IMG/VR virus record: IMGVR_UViG_3300033067_001588
Span: 1 to 49,215 of that record
Strand: one strand, 5' to 3'
Source of the DNA: a virus
Lineage: Duplodnaviria > Caudoviricetes
DNA: 49,215 nucleotides
The notes under the pieces were generated by a model. It saw only the letters and a list, made by a program, of their open reading frames with translations, ran no database searches and was not told the origin of the DNA. The position numbers and the translations under genes are program-made. Of the stretch, positions 17,132-26,565 are shown one piece after another; positions within the stretch are counted from its first letter, which is position 1; each line of letters opens with the position of its first letter.

Positions 17132-19138
17132 ATGATGCCAGACGTAGCCGAACAAGCGATTATCGCCAACGAAAAATACAGCGTCCGTGAATTCAGTCCC
17201 AACAGTTGGGGTGGTTTCATTGGCGACAGCATGGGCTTCCTCTGGCCGTCAAAAGCGGACTTATTACCCGCGTGGGGCAGCCTTGAATGCGATATTGCCC
17301 TGCGCGTGATGCATTACACACAGCACAACGCTTTGTGGGGTGGCGCGTCCAAAATCTGGATACAAAAGATACTGGGCACGCCATACGAAATATCCGGCGG
17401 ACGCAACCTGACCTATGACTGGCAGGATTTGTTCTTCGAGTCGGACTTCGGCGAAGGTTACGACTTCATGCTGTCGAAGTTCTTGACGGATTACCTGACG
17501 CTCAACCGTGGTGGCTTCATCGAGAAGGTGAGCTACGGTACGCCGGACACACCCATCAAGGAAGGCGCGAAAATCCTCGGCCTGAATCATCTGGACGCGC
17601 TGCGCGTGTACTTCACCGGCAACCGTGAATGGCCGTACCTGTATCAAAGCGAGTACGGCGGCAAGCTGCACAAGCTGCATTATACGCGGGTGATTCATCT
17701 GGCTGAGCATCCCGCGCCCAACACGGCGATGTATGGCATGGGCAAGTCGGCACTCTACGACGCCATGACCGTAACCAACACACAAGTGCTGCTCGGTAGG
17801 CATCAGAACGAGTTGCTGAACGATATGCCACCGCCGGGTATCGTCATCTTCAACAACGTGCGAGCGGATGAAGTCTCCACCGCCATGACGCAATTTGATT
17901 ATGAGCGTGTGCGCGATGGTCAAAGCGTGTATCGTGCGCCGCTGCAACTGTCGAGCAAAGACCCATCCCAACCGGCTACAGTCACGTTCGTGCCGATGAA
18001 GACTGTGCCGGAAGACTTCGATTATAAGAAATATATGGAGGTGCATGTCAATCTGCTGGCGCTGACGTTGCAACTCGACCCGCAAGATATTTGGCCGTTG
18101 CAATCATCCAGCATGGGCAGTGGTGCCCAATCGCGCATCCTCGAAGCAAAGGGCAGCAGCAAGGGACCCGGCTATCTACTGACGCGCTTGGAACGTTGCT
18201 GGAACACGGTGCTGCCGCGTTCGCTGGAGTGGAAATACAAAGCGCCGGACGCGCAGGCTGATGCCCAGATAGCCAACACGGCTAAGGTGTGGACGGACAT
18301 CGCCGGAAGTGCGCAATTCATGACGGAAGATGAGAAGCGGCAGCTTGTCGCCAACCAAGTGCCAGCTTTTGCGGATGTGCTTCTCGACGAGAGTGGGCAA
18401 GTGCGGTTATATGACGCGGATCCCAAGACGCAGGCGCAGCTAGTGACCATCGCGCCGGATAGCACACAGTTGAATGGCGAGCTACCGACTACGCCGACGG
18501 TGACATCGGATTCCAACGCGCAACTGACGACCGCACCGGATGCGCAACCACCTGCAGACGTAACCAAGGACATGGTGGCGACCACCAGCGCCTATGTGGC
18601 AGAAATTCAGGCGGCGATGCAAGACGGTCTTGACCGTGTGACGACCAAGGCCGGATGCGCGGCGCGTATTCGTGGCATCATCGTGCGTTATGGCAAACCG
18701 GCTTATCAGGACGGCTTGGCAGACGGCGGCGTTGACCCGAATGAACTGGACGAGGACGACCTGCGCGTGATTGCCGATGACAACGTGTGGGACAGCCAGT
18801 ATGTGTCACGGTTGGTGGATGAGATTTATAGCGAAGGTGGCTTGAAAGGCTCGGTTGAGTATCGTGCGCCGCTGTGGGTATCCACGCTCAACCGCTTCTA
18901 CTATGACGGCCTATCCAGCGCCAACAAGAACGGCATGTATGCGTTCACCGGCGAAGATGGTGATGATAACTGTGATACCTGCCGACGGCTGAAAGGGCAG
19001 GTGCACCGCATGAAAGATTGGACGCGCAAGAAACTCAGGCCGGGTATCGACCATGAGAATTTTGATTGTGGCTCATGGGAACCGCACTGCAAGCACGTCT
19101 TAATAAAGACAACCGTAAGTGCGCAAGGGAATTGGTGA
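17132..19138 (+). CDS. portal protein fused to a C-terminal Mu gpF-like minor head domain
   Basis: Position after terL; DYLTLNRGGFIEK and PPGIV portal-like segments; C-terminal CDTC...C...C motif. Confidence 0.75.
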   Translation: MMPDVAEQAIIANEKYSVREFSPNSWGGFIGDSMGFLWPSKADLLPAWGSLECDIALRVMHYTQHNALWGGASKIWIQKILGTPYEISGGRNLTYDWQDLFFESDFGEGYDFMLSKFLTDYLTLNRGGFIEKVSYGTPDTPIKEGAKILGLNHLDALRVYFTGNREWPYLYQSEYGGKLHKLHYTRVIHLAEHPAPNTAMYGMGKSALYDAMTVTNTQVLLGRHQNELLNDMPPPGIVIFNNVRADEVSTAMTQFDYERVRDGQSVYRAPLQLSSKDPSQPATVTFVPMKTVPEDFDYKKYMEVHVNLLALTLQLDPQDIWPLQSSSMGSGAQSRILEAKGSSKGPGYLLTRLERCWNTVLPRSLEWKYKAPDAQADAQIANTAKVWTDIAGSAQFMTEDEKRQLVANQVPAFADVLLDESGQVRLYDADPKTQAQLVTIAPDSTQLNGELPTTPTVTSDSNAQLTTAPDAQPPADVTKDMVATTSAYVAEIQAAMQDGLDRVTTKAGCAARIRGIIVRYGKPAYQDGLADGGVDPNELDEDDLRVIADDNVWDSQYVSRLVDEIYSEGGLKGSVEYRAPLWVSTLNRFYYDGLSSANKNGMYAFTGEDGDDNCDTCRRLKGQVHRMKDWTRKKLRPGIDHENFDCGSWEPHCKHVLIKTTVSAQGNW

Positions 19139-19139
19139 T

Positions 19140-19169
19140 TTGACAAGCTAACGCCAATTTTGCCATACT
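19140..19169 (+). promoter_or_regulatory. promoter for the protease/capsid operon
   Basis: TTGACA-N18-CATACT with an extended -10 TG. Confidence 0.65.
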
Positions 19170-19212
19170 GAAGTTATTACCCCGTTTGTCAGGAACGGAT
19201 GCTGGTCAGGGC

Positions 19213-19236
19213 AGCGCATACACTATGCGCTTTTTT
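19213..19236 (+). terminator. leader terminator/attenuator upstream of the protease gene
   Basis: agcgcata-cac-tatgcgct followed by a U tract. Confidence 0.65.
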
Positions 19237-19264
19237 GTATTTCAGCCTAGACCAAGGGGCAATC

Positions 19265-20572
19265 GTGACTGACCAATCCACACAAACCAAAGCCTTTCAG
19301 GGCATGTTGACCCAAGCTGAAACAAACTATGTACCGCTGTCGGCAACTGCGGGTAAAGCCTGCGCCAATTGCCGATGGTTTATGAACGACGGATGCTTCA
19401 TTGTGGCGTATGGTGAGCCAGAACCCATCATCGCGACTGGTTACTGCGAACGATGGGAGGCCACGCCGGAACCCAAGGAAGAACCAGCCATCGCAGAAGT
19501 AATTGAAGAGGTGGTTGAATCCATCACCGAATCTTTCATGAGCATGGAAGCATCCTACACACCACCCAAGCGCAAGACGATTTCAGAACGGCTGCGCTCG
19601 CTGTTCACGCGCAAGCAATCAGACGATGCCTTCAGCGTATTCAAGGGCACGGACGGTGAATGGCACTTCCACGCGATTTACACCAACAACTTTGAAGACC
19701 GTGAAGATGAAATCCTGACCACCAAAGGTCATGACAAGTTTATCGCGCGGGTGGACATGGGATTGATACCCATGCCGGTGCTGCAAGCGTGGCACATACC
19801 CGGCACGGAACATGGCGAGGCGGATGTCATCTGGCGTAACGACCATTTCATTCACGCGATTGGTCACTTCTATGACACGCCGGACGCACAGAAGGCGATT
19901 GAGTTCTACCGCAAGAACGCCGGAAAAATCAAAATGTCGCACGGCTTTGTGGTGCCACAGAACGCTTTCGATGGCAAGCACTATGAAGACTTTAACACGA
20001 TTGAGATCACAACCCTGCCACCCTACGCGGCGGCTAATCCATACACATCCTTTGAGGAGTTGCAAACAATGGCAAAGCAGTTGACAGACGAAAAACGCCG
20101 CTACGTGGAGACTTTGTTCGGCAAGGACAAGGTGGCTGAAATCGAAGCGGCAGACGAGCAGCGCGGCAAGGCGCTGGAAGACATGCGCATCGCGTACAAA
20201 GACTTCGTGGACGCCACCGAACCGGCAGCCGACGCACCTGCGCCCACATCCGAACAAGAGAAGGCGCTGACGGCGGTCTATAGCGAGCTTGTGGCTTCGC
20301 AATCCGAATTGGTGACCGCGTATAACGGACTCGCCAAAGCAGTGAAGGCCAAGGATGAACGCATCGCTGCGCTTGAAGCCAAGTTCGATGCACAGGTTGC
20401 TGTGCTGCAAAAAGACAACGACGCACTGCGCACGCTGGTGAATGCCGGTCCGCGCCGCGCATCACAGGACGAGTCCACCACCGTCAACAAGGACGGCGAC
20501 TTGCAAGACGCACTTCCGCGCGAATCCGAACTGGGCAAGTGGCTCGGATTACCCGTTAAGCAAACAAACTAG
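19265..20572 (+). CDS. prohead protease/scaffold with an N-terminal 4-Cys domain
   Basis: DREDEI...WH...KMSHGF...EITTLP..AAN HK97-type protease motifs; C-terminal coiled coil; GTG 19265 after AAGGGG. Confidence 0.75.
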   Translation: MTDQSTQTKAFQGMLTQAETNYVPLSATAGKACANCRWFMNDGCFIVAYGEPEPIIATGYCERWEATPEPKEEPAIAEVIEEVVESITESFMSMEASYTPPKRKTISERLRSLFTRKQSDDAFSVFKGTDGEWHFHAIYTNNFEDREDEILTTKGHDKFIARVDMGLIPMPVLQAWHIPGTEHGEADVIWRNDHFIHAIGHFYDTPDAQKAIEFYRKNAGKIKMSHGFVVPQNAFDGKHYEDFNTIEITTLPPYAAANPYTSFEELQTMAKQLTDEKRRYVETLFGKDKVAEIEAADEQRGKALEDMRIAYKDFVDATEPAADAPAPTSEQEKALTAVYSELVASQSELVTAYNGLAKAVKAKDERIAALEAKFDAQVAVLQKDNDALRTLVNAGPRRASQDESTTVNKDGDLQDALPRESELGKWLGLPVKQTN

Positions 20573-20598
20573 GCCAACAGGCTACGAGGAACAAAGAA

Positions 20599-22062
20599 AT
20601 GACTGATGTTCAAGTTCTAGACCGCAAGTACAGTGCCAAAGAGTTGGTCGAGATTCGCAATCTGCTGATGCAGGTTGAGAAGAACAACGCTTCGGGCACC
20701 ACACCCACCAACAACCCGCCCTACGGTCCCTATGCGGATGGCAGCGGCGACTATGGCACGTTCAGCTATCCCGGCGCACGGCCTGAAATGTTCTCGGCCT
20801 TCCAGCGTCCGCGCTCGATGGCGAGTCTTTTCGGGATCCGTCCGTCGCGCATTGCCAATGAAAAGATTGGCATCATGACCGGCGTGACTGCGGAGGAAGG
20901 CAGTAATCCGGCTGATTTCTGCGGTACTGCGCCCACCGCCGGACAACTCAAACGCAGCGTGCAAAATTATATTTTTGGCAAGTCCTACTGGAAGACCAAG
21001 GTTGCCAACGTCGCGGAGCTTGGCGAGTATGCCGACTTCAGCGACATGGCGGCCAAGCGCATCTTGAACGTCAACCAATCCGGCAATCCGTTTGTGCCGG
21101 ACTTGATGAACAAGCTGGACATCAGCAACCGCGATGCTGCCACCCTCGCCAACGAACTGGGCACCGTCGGCGTGGCAATGGAACGCAGTTGGGAAAAGGT
21201 CGCCATTCAGGGTAACAGCAGCAAGGCACCGGCTGCCGCCACCCTCGGATGGATTAAAGAGTTTGACGGCCTCGAACGTCAAATTGTCACCGGCAAGCGC
21301 GACCTCGACACGCAGGTGTTGTCACCGGCTGCCGATAGCATTGTCATTTCGTGGGGCACAGGCATCGACGTGACATCCGGCGGACGTACCTTCCCGCAAG
21401 TGCTGGTCGATACCTACTACGGTCTGAGCCAATTGGCTGATGACGTGGGCATGAACGGTACGCGCTGGGCGATTGTCATGCGTATGGAAGAGTTCCGTGC
21501 GCTCACCTACGTGTATGCGTGTGAATACTGGACAAGCCGGTGTTCGGGCAGCGCAGGCAATCCGAGCTATACCGACGCGGCCACCGTGCGCGGTTTGCAA
21601 CTGCAAATGTGGAACGGCAAGTATCTCCTCATCGACGGTACGCCCGTTCAGGTGGTGTTCACCGATGGTATCCCACTAACCAAGGCTGGCGGCACGGTTT
21701 ACACCGCGCAAGACCTGTTCATCCTGCCAGTGGAGTGGAACGGTATGCCACTGCTGAACCTCGAATATAAGCCGATGGCAAACGGTGACGCGATGGGCTT
21801 CGCCAACTTCATTGGCCCGAACGATTTCACCGCGTTCAACAACGGCATGTGGCTGAGCACCAAGGAACGCACCAACTACTGTATGGAATTACTGTTCGCT
21901 GGCAAGTTCCGTCTGATTCAAGACGCACCTTTCCTCGCGGCGGTCATCAACACCATGCAGTTCAGCTTCCAAGCGCCAATCCGCAACGCTTACCCGGACA
22001 ACACCGAGTTCTATCGCAACGGCGGCGCAACCCGCTGGGATGGGAACATGACGGTTTCCTAA
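20599..22062 (+). CDS. major capsid protein
   Basis: Position after protease/scaffold, 487 aa, KEFDGLERQI motif, followed by a terminator. Confidence 0.8.
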   Translation: MTDVQVLDRKYSAKELVEIRNLLMQVEKNNASGTTPTNNPPYGPYADGSGDYGTFSYPGARPEMFSAFQRPRSMASLFGIRPSRIANEKIGIMTGVTAEEGSNPADFCGTAPTAGQLKRSVQNYIFGKSYWKTKVANVAELGEYADFSDMAAKRILNVNQSGNPFVPDLMNKLDISNRDAATLANELGTVGVAMERSWEKVAIQGNSSKAPAAATLGWIKEFDGLERQIVTGKRDLDTQVLSPAADSIVISWGTGIDVTSGGRTFPQVLVDTYYGLSQLADDVGMNGTRWAIVMRMEEFRALTYVYACEYWTSRCSGSAGNPSYTDAATVRGLQLQMWNGKYLLIDGTPVQVVFTDGIPLTKAGGTVYTAQDLFILPVEWNGMPLLNLEYKPMANGDAMGFANFIGPNDFTAFNNGMWLSTKERTNYCMELLFAGKFRLIQDAPFLAAVINTMQFSFQAPIRNAYPDNTEFYRNGGATRWDGNMTVS

Positions 22063-22092
22063 CCGTCAGCCGGATAATCATCATCAGAATTA

Positions 22093-22126
22093 AGGGAAGG
22101 GCGCAGAGATGCGCCTTTCTTGTTTT
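22093..22126 (+). terminator. intrinsic terminator after the capsid gene
   Basis: agggaagggcgca-gaga-tgcgcctttctt-gtttt. Confidence 0.7.
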
Positions 22127-22178
22127 GGTAGTACAATAGTTCTATGTTCTACTTGTTCTATAATAGTGTCGGGCTATT

Positions 22179-23033
22179 ATGACATTCCAAGCCACCATCT
22201 ACATCCCATTCGCAGCCTACCACCAAACTGTCGTCCATCGTGCGATTGCCAGCGCTACACAACAAACCATTTCGGCGATTGTGTTGGCGGCTGAATCACC
22301 ACAGACACCGGCACGTTTTCGCAATGAAGCCATGAACGCCACCACGCCGTTTGTGTGCTTTCTGGATGCGGACGACATGCTAGAACCGACCTTCATTGAA
22401 GAATGCCTGCGTGCTTACCAGCCGATGAAGTATGTGTATACCAGTTGGAAGTGTGGCAGCGTGGAAGTAAAGCCAAACCTGTGCGTGACGGCGGATGATG
22501 ATTACCGTTCGCATCTGGTGACGACGCTTTACCCGACGGAAATATTCAAGGCGCTCGGCGGATTTGATGAGTCGCTCAGTGGGCATGAGGATGTTGATTT
22601 TTACCTGCGCAGCGCCAGCCAAGGCGTGTGCGGTGTGCATGTGGACAAGCCACTGCTGAAGTACACCGACGACGGCGCACGGTCTGAAACGTTTAATGCA
22701 CGCGCGGACAAGAAAGCGATTATGGACCGCGTGTTTTTAGCAAATGGAGGTCAAAGGACAATCATGGCATGTTGTGGGCAACCGGGCGAACCGGCGGCAG
22801 CGAATCCGGGTGTTGAGCAGCCGGGTGATGTGCTGGCAACGGCACTGTGGTCAGGGATGCGGTCAGAAGTGGGACACGCGACAGGGCGGGTGTACGTCGG
22901 CGGGAATATGTCCAAGATATATGTTGACCCGCGCGATGTGGAGCACACGCCGCATCTGTTCAAGCCGGTCAAGGATTTGCGTAAGTTGGCACCCGACCGC
23001 GACAAGGTGCTGCGCGAAAGTGGGCTGGTGTAG
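22179..23033 (+). CDS. GT2/GT-A glycosyltransferase with a C-terminal extension
   Basis: IYIP...RN...FLDADD...GGFDESLSGHEDVDFYLR. Confidence 0.85.
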   Translation: MTFQATIYIPFAAYHQTVVHRAIASATQQTISAIVLAAESPQTPARFRNEAMNATTPFVCFLDADDMLEPTFIEECLRAYQPMKYVYTSWKCGSVEVKPNLCVTADDDYRSHLVTTLYPTEIFKALGGFDESLSGHEDVDFYLRSASQGVCGVHVDKPLLKYTDDGARSETFNARADKKAIMDRVFLANGGQRTIMACCGQPGEPAAANPGVEQPGDVLATALWSGMRSEVGHATGRVYVGGNMSKIYVDPRDVEHTPHLFKPVKDLRKLAPDRDKVLRESGLV

Positions 23034-23216
23034 ATGCGCAAAGGTCAAGGACTTGTTGAGTACGTACTGATTTTAGTTTTGGTTGCAGTGACGTTTATTG
23101 TCATCTTCGCACTACTTGTTGGTGGTTCTAAAACGTCATGCGAAAAAAATAAGCCAAACGCCGGTGACATAGTTAATTGCATCGCTACACGGACGCAAGA
23201 GGCCAAGAGCAAATGA
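23034..23216 (+). CDS. Flp-family (type IVc) pilin-like protein
   Basis: KG/QGLVEYVLILVLVAV: class III signal peptide with E+5, Y+6 and a hydrophobic helix. Confidence 0.75.
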   Translation: MRKGQGLVEYVLILVLVAVTFIVIFALLVGGSKTSCEKNKPNAGDIVNCIATRTQEAKSK

Positions 23217-23479
23217 ATCCACTGGATTGGCTGTACTATGCAGCGGCGGCATGGTTTGTGGCGTATGCCATTAGCAAGACACACGGGCCATTCGGCATGT
23301 TTGCGTGGCTGCGCTCGCGGCTGCCGCTCGGTGGATTGACGGCGTGCATCATCTGCCTGATGCCTTACGTGGCGCTGGTGCTGCGGCTCATCGGTCAACA
23401 TGTGTTGATTGATGCGCTGGCGATTGCTGGCGTGGCGCTGTGGTTGCACGGCTTCACCGGCTGGCGGCACGATTTCTAA
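23213..23479 (+). CDS. DUF1360-like membrane protein
   Basis: GPFGMFAWLR...LTACIICL plus TM helices. Confidence 0.55.
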   Translation: MNPLDWLYYAAAAWFVAYAISKTHGPFGMFAWLRSRLPLGGLTACIICLMPYVALVLRLIGQHVLIDALAIAGVALWLHGFTGWRHDF

Positions 23480-23515
23480 TTAACGAACAGTAAGTCAGGA
23501 ACGGAACTTATCGGC

Positions 23516-24310
23516 ATGGGCACAGTTTATTTTTGTGCGACGGATTACTACCTCAACGGCGGATACCGGAGTTACACCGACTTCTTCAAGTTGGCTGACC
23601 TTGCCGGTTATCCGATTATCCCACTGGCAGATATTGACCCGCAATCCGACAACACCTACATCTTCACACCTTCCAACGGTGAAACGGTGATGGGCTGGCC
23701 GGACGCGACCGCGCAAATCATCCTGTGGCAATTGGAATGGATGCTCACCAGCGAACACAACACACCGCCGGGTGTGCGCCGCGTGTGGGCATCGGACGCG
23801 AGTTTCGCACGCGAGCAAGGGTTTGAGTATGTGCCGATGGGCAGCGATGACCGCTTGAATCAGGTGGGCAGCGCGTATCCGGCGGATAAGCTGTTTGATG
23901 TGGCGATGATTAGCTACCAGACGCACCGTCGGCAAGTCATCACCAGCCAATTAATCAATCAAGGGCTGACGCTCGCGCCAGTGGACAACTTATGGGGCAG
24001 GCAACGGTCTGTGGCGCTACTGCAAAGCAAGGCGATGGTGCATGTGCATCAGCATGACAGTGTGCAAACCGTCGCACCGTTGAGATGGTCGATTGCTGCG
24101 GCGCACCGGCTGCCGGTCATCAGTGAAACAGTACGCGACCGTGGCGTGTTTGGTTATAGCGCGATGGTACAGGCTGATTATCACTTCCTCGCCGCTTTCA
24201 CCAAGACGATGGTCGATGATGCGCGATTGCTGGCGGATTATGCGTCCGCGCTGCATGGCTTGCTGTGTGAGGAATACAGTTTCCGAAAGGTGGTTGAAGC
24301 CCATGTCTAA
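23516..24310 (+). CDS. putative GT-B-type glycosyltransferase
   Basis: FDVAMI...R...LWG..R...SKAMVHVH...LPVISE pattern. Confidence 0.55.
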   Translation: MGTVYFCATDYYLNGGYRSYTDFFKLADLAGYPIIPLADIDPQSDNTYIFTPSNGETVMGWPDATAQIILWQLEWMLTSEHNTPPGVRRVWASDASFAREQGFEYVPMGSDDRLNQVGSAYPADKLFDVAMISYQTHRRQVITSQLINQGLTLAPVDNLWGRQRSVALLQSKAMVHVHQHDSVQTVAPLRWSIAAAHRLPVISETVRDRGVFGYSAMVQADYHFLAAFTKTMVDDARLLADYASALHGLLCEEYSFRKVVEAHV

Positions 24311-24548
24311 TCTTGTAGAAATATTGAGTGAAAAGTGGTTTGAAATATTTATGGGACTACTTCTTTCGATGGTAGTTGTGTTTCTTGCAACTTTGATGGT
24401 AAGCATGCTTATAAACCTAGTTAATTACGATTCATGCACAGACCAGACTTTTGCCTGCCGTGGGCATCAAGTTCAACTATGCATGAATAGCGAATTGTAT
24501 TCACGCACTGAATGCATTCAATTGGTAGGTGGCAAAAATGCCAGATAA
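24303..24548 (+). CDS. small AT-rich membrane protein with 4 Cys
   Basis: ATG 24303; one TM helix. Confidence 0.55.
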   Translation: MSNLVEILSEKWFEIFMGLLLSMVVVFLATLMVSMLINLVNYDSCTDQTFACRGHQVQLCMNSELYSRTECIQLVGGKNAR

Positions 24549-24861
24549 TCCAATCCCATTCCGGCGGATGAACGCCACGCTGAAGGCGACACGCGCGGAA
24601 GTGCAGCTGCTGTTGTCGGTGGATGGCATCCACACGCCGCCACAATTTTACGCGTTGTTTTTGTCGATGAGCAATATGTCGTCCAATCTGGTCAATCCAA
24701 GCCGGTTGCAATTGATGACGCAAATTGCCGTGTGGCTGCGCTTCTATCGGCGGCTGATTGATACGCTGCCGGATGCCAATCCACTGAAGGCGACTGCCCA
24801 GAAGGACTTCGAACAACTCAGCGAGCCGTACCAATCGTTATTGGAGATACAACCGTCATGA
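24538..24861 (+). CDS. hypothetical protein
   Basis: Coupled ORF, AGGTGG RBS. Confidence 0.6.
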   Translation: MPDNPIPFRRMNATLKATRAEVQLLLSVDGIHTPPQFYALFLSMSNMSSNLVNPSRLQLMTQIAVWLRFYRRLIDTLPDANPLKATAQKDFEQLSEPYQSLLEIQPS

Positions 24862-25616
24862 AGATTATTGGGTATACCGCGCTGCGCTATGGTGCGGATT
24901 ATCTCGGCTCGGCGATTCGCTCGATTATTAACGCGGTCGATGAGTACCACGTGTTATACGCCACACAACCGAGTCATGGGCATTGGTCAGACGCGCCATT
25001 GCCATCCGGCGAAAGCGAGAACGATTTGCACGCGATTGCTTGGCAGGCTGCTGGAACCAAGCTGACGTGGCATCGTGGCGACTGGACGCATGAAGGCCAG
25101 CAACGCGACAGCATCCACCAGTTTGTGCCGGATGCGGACGTGGTCATTAGTGTGGACAGTGATGAAATTTATAGCGAACACCTTCTCGAAAACATTATCC
25201 ACTTTTCTTACATCAACAAAGCCTTGCCGCCACACCGATACTTGCGTGTGCCATTTATCCACTACTGGCGCAGCTTCCACAAATGCATCTTGCATGACCC
25301 AGCGTATCCTGCACGGGTGACCTTTTCGAAAGTGCCAGCCGGTGAATATGGATGGCAGCCATTCATGGGTGTCGTCAATCATATGGGATACGCCACGCGG
25401 CCTGAAATCGTGGCCTACAAGTGGAAGATACACGGACATTTGGGCGAATTGCGGCGCGATGTCAATTGGTTCGAGGATGTATTCATGGCAAACCGGCAAA
25501 CCGATTGTCATCCCGTGGGCAGCGAGTATTGGAACGCTGAAACCGTTGACCCAATGGACTCCATGCCAAGCTGGATGGTTGAGCATCCGTTTTATGGAAT
25601 GGACGTGATTGAATGA
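24858..25616 (+). CDS. GT-A-fold glycosyltransferase
   Basis: YLGSAIRSIINAVDE...EGQQRD...ISVDSDE (DxD)...NHMGY. Confidence 0.75.
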   Translation: MKIIGYTALRYGADYLGSAIRSIINAVDEYHVLYATQPSHGHWSDAPLPSGESENDLHAIAWQAAGTKLTWHRGDWTHEGQQRDSIHQFVPDADVVISVDSDEIYSEHLLENIIHFSYINKALPPHRYLRVPFIHYWRSFHKCILHDPAYPARVTFSKVPAGEYGWQPFMGVVNHMGYATRPEIVAYKWKIHGHLGELRRDVNWFEDVFMANRQTDCHPVGSEYWNAETVDPMDSMPSWMVEHPFYGMDVIE

Positions 25617-25840
25617 ATGCGGTTCAACTGCTGGAAGCTATGAAAAACGGTGCTACTGTTGAATCTCGCTGGAAGAGTCGTTCTTTCGCTGAGAAGGCAC
25701 GCTATCAATATATTCTAACGATACCCGGTCAATCACCAATTGTTATCCAGAAAAGTTTAGTAGACGCTTTGATTAAAGCGGGATCCGTGCGCAGTGTTTA
25801 TGGTTTCGGGGCAAATCGCACTTACGAGGTGATTGAATGA
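25613..25840 (+). CDS. AT-rich hypothetical protein
   Basis: ATGA coupling on both sides. Confidence 0.6.
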   Translation: MNAVQLLEAMKNGATVESRWKSRSFAEKARYQYILTIPGQSPIVIQKSLVDALIKAGSVRSVYGFGANRTYEVIE

Positions 25841-26565
25841 CGATAGCAGTCAACTTGATTGAAGACCGGCTGCCGGTGCTGGTCGATGCCCGGACGGCGA
25901 CGATGGGCGGCAGCTTCTACTATGAGCCGCTGCGTCCGTATGATGGCCTGCCGTTGAAGTGGGTGTACGACGAACTGCTGCGCTACCCAAAGGCCACGCT
26001 GATTGACGTGGGCGCACACACCGGCTGCTATACGCTGCTGGCAAAACATCACCCGGATATGACGGTGTACGCCTTCGAGCCGGTGCCACTGACGCATGAA
26101 GTGCTGCAAGCCAACATCGCGCTGAATGGGCTATCCCACAAGGTTTATGACTATCAGGCGGGTGTGAGCAACTACAACGGCGAAGGTACGCTGCACAGCA
26201 TCAAGAACGTGGGCGGATCCGGCGTGTCGCTGGTGGATGGCACGCCAGCGTATCACAAAGACTATGACAACCTGCCGGTGCAAGTCATCACACTGGATAG
26301 TTTTTGCAAAGAGTTCAATGTTGCGCCGCATTGTATCAAGGTTGATACCGAGGGCGGTGAGAAGTTTGTACTGGAAGGCGCAGCTGAAACCATCCAACGC
26401 TACCATCCGTTTTTGATGGTCGAGTACAGCCAAGAGAACGCCAACCAATACGGCTACGCATCGAATGAGGTGGTGGCGATGATTGAGGCGTGGGGTTACA
26501 CGTGGCGCAATCCGGAAGGCATGGATTTGTGGTGCGTACATAAAGAGTGGGAGAACATCAAATGA
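25837..26565 (+). CDS. FkbM-family SAM-dependent methyltransferase
   Basis: IDVGAHTG, VYAFEP, TLDSF, IKVDTEGGE. Confidence 0.92.
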   Translation: MTIAVNLIEDRLPVLVDARTATMGGSFYYEPLRPYDGLPLKWVYDELLRYPKATLIDVGAHTGCYTLLAKHHPDMTVYAFEPVPLTHEVLQANIALNGLSHKVYDYQAGVSNYNGEGTLHSIKNVGGSGVSLVDGTPAYHKDYDNLPVQVITLDSFCKEFNVAPHCIKVDTEGGEKFVLEGAAETIQRYHPFLMVEYSQENANQYGYASNEVVAMIEAWGYTWRNPEGMDLWCVHKEWENIK

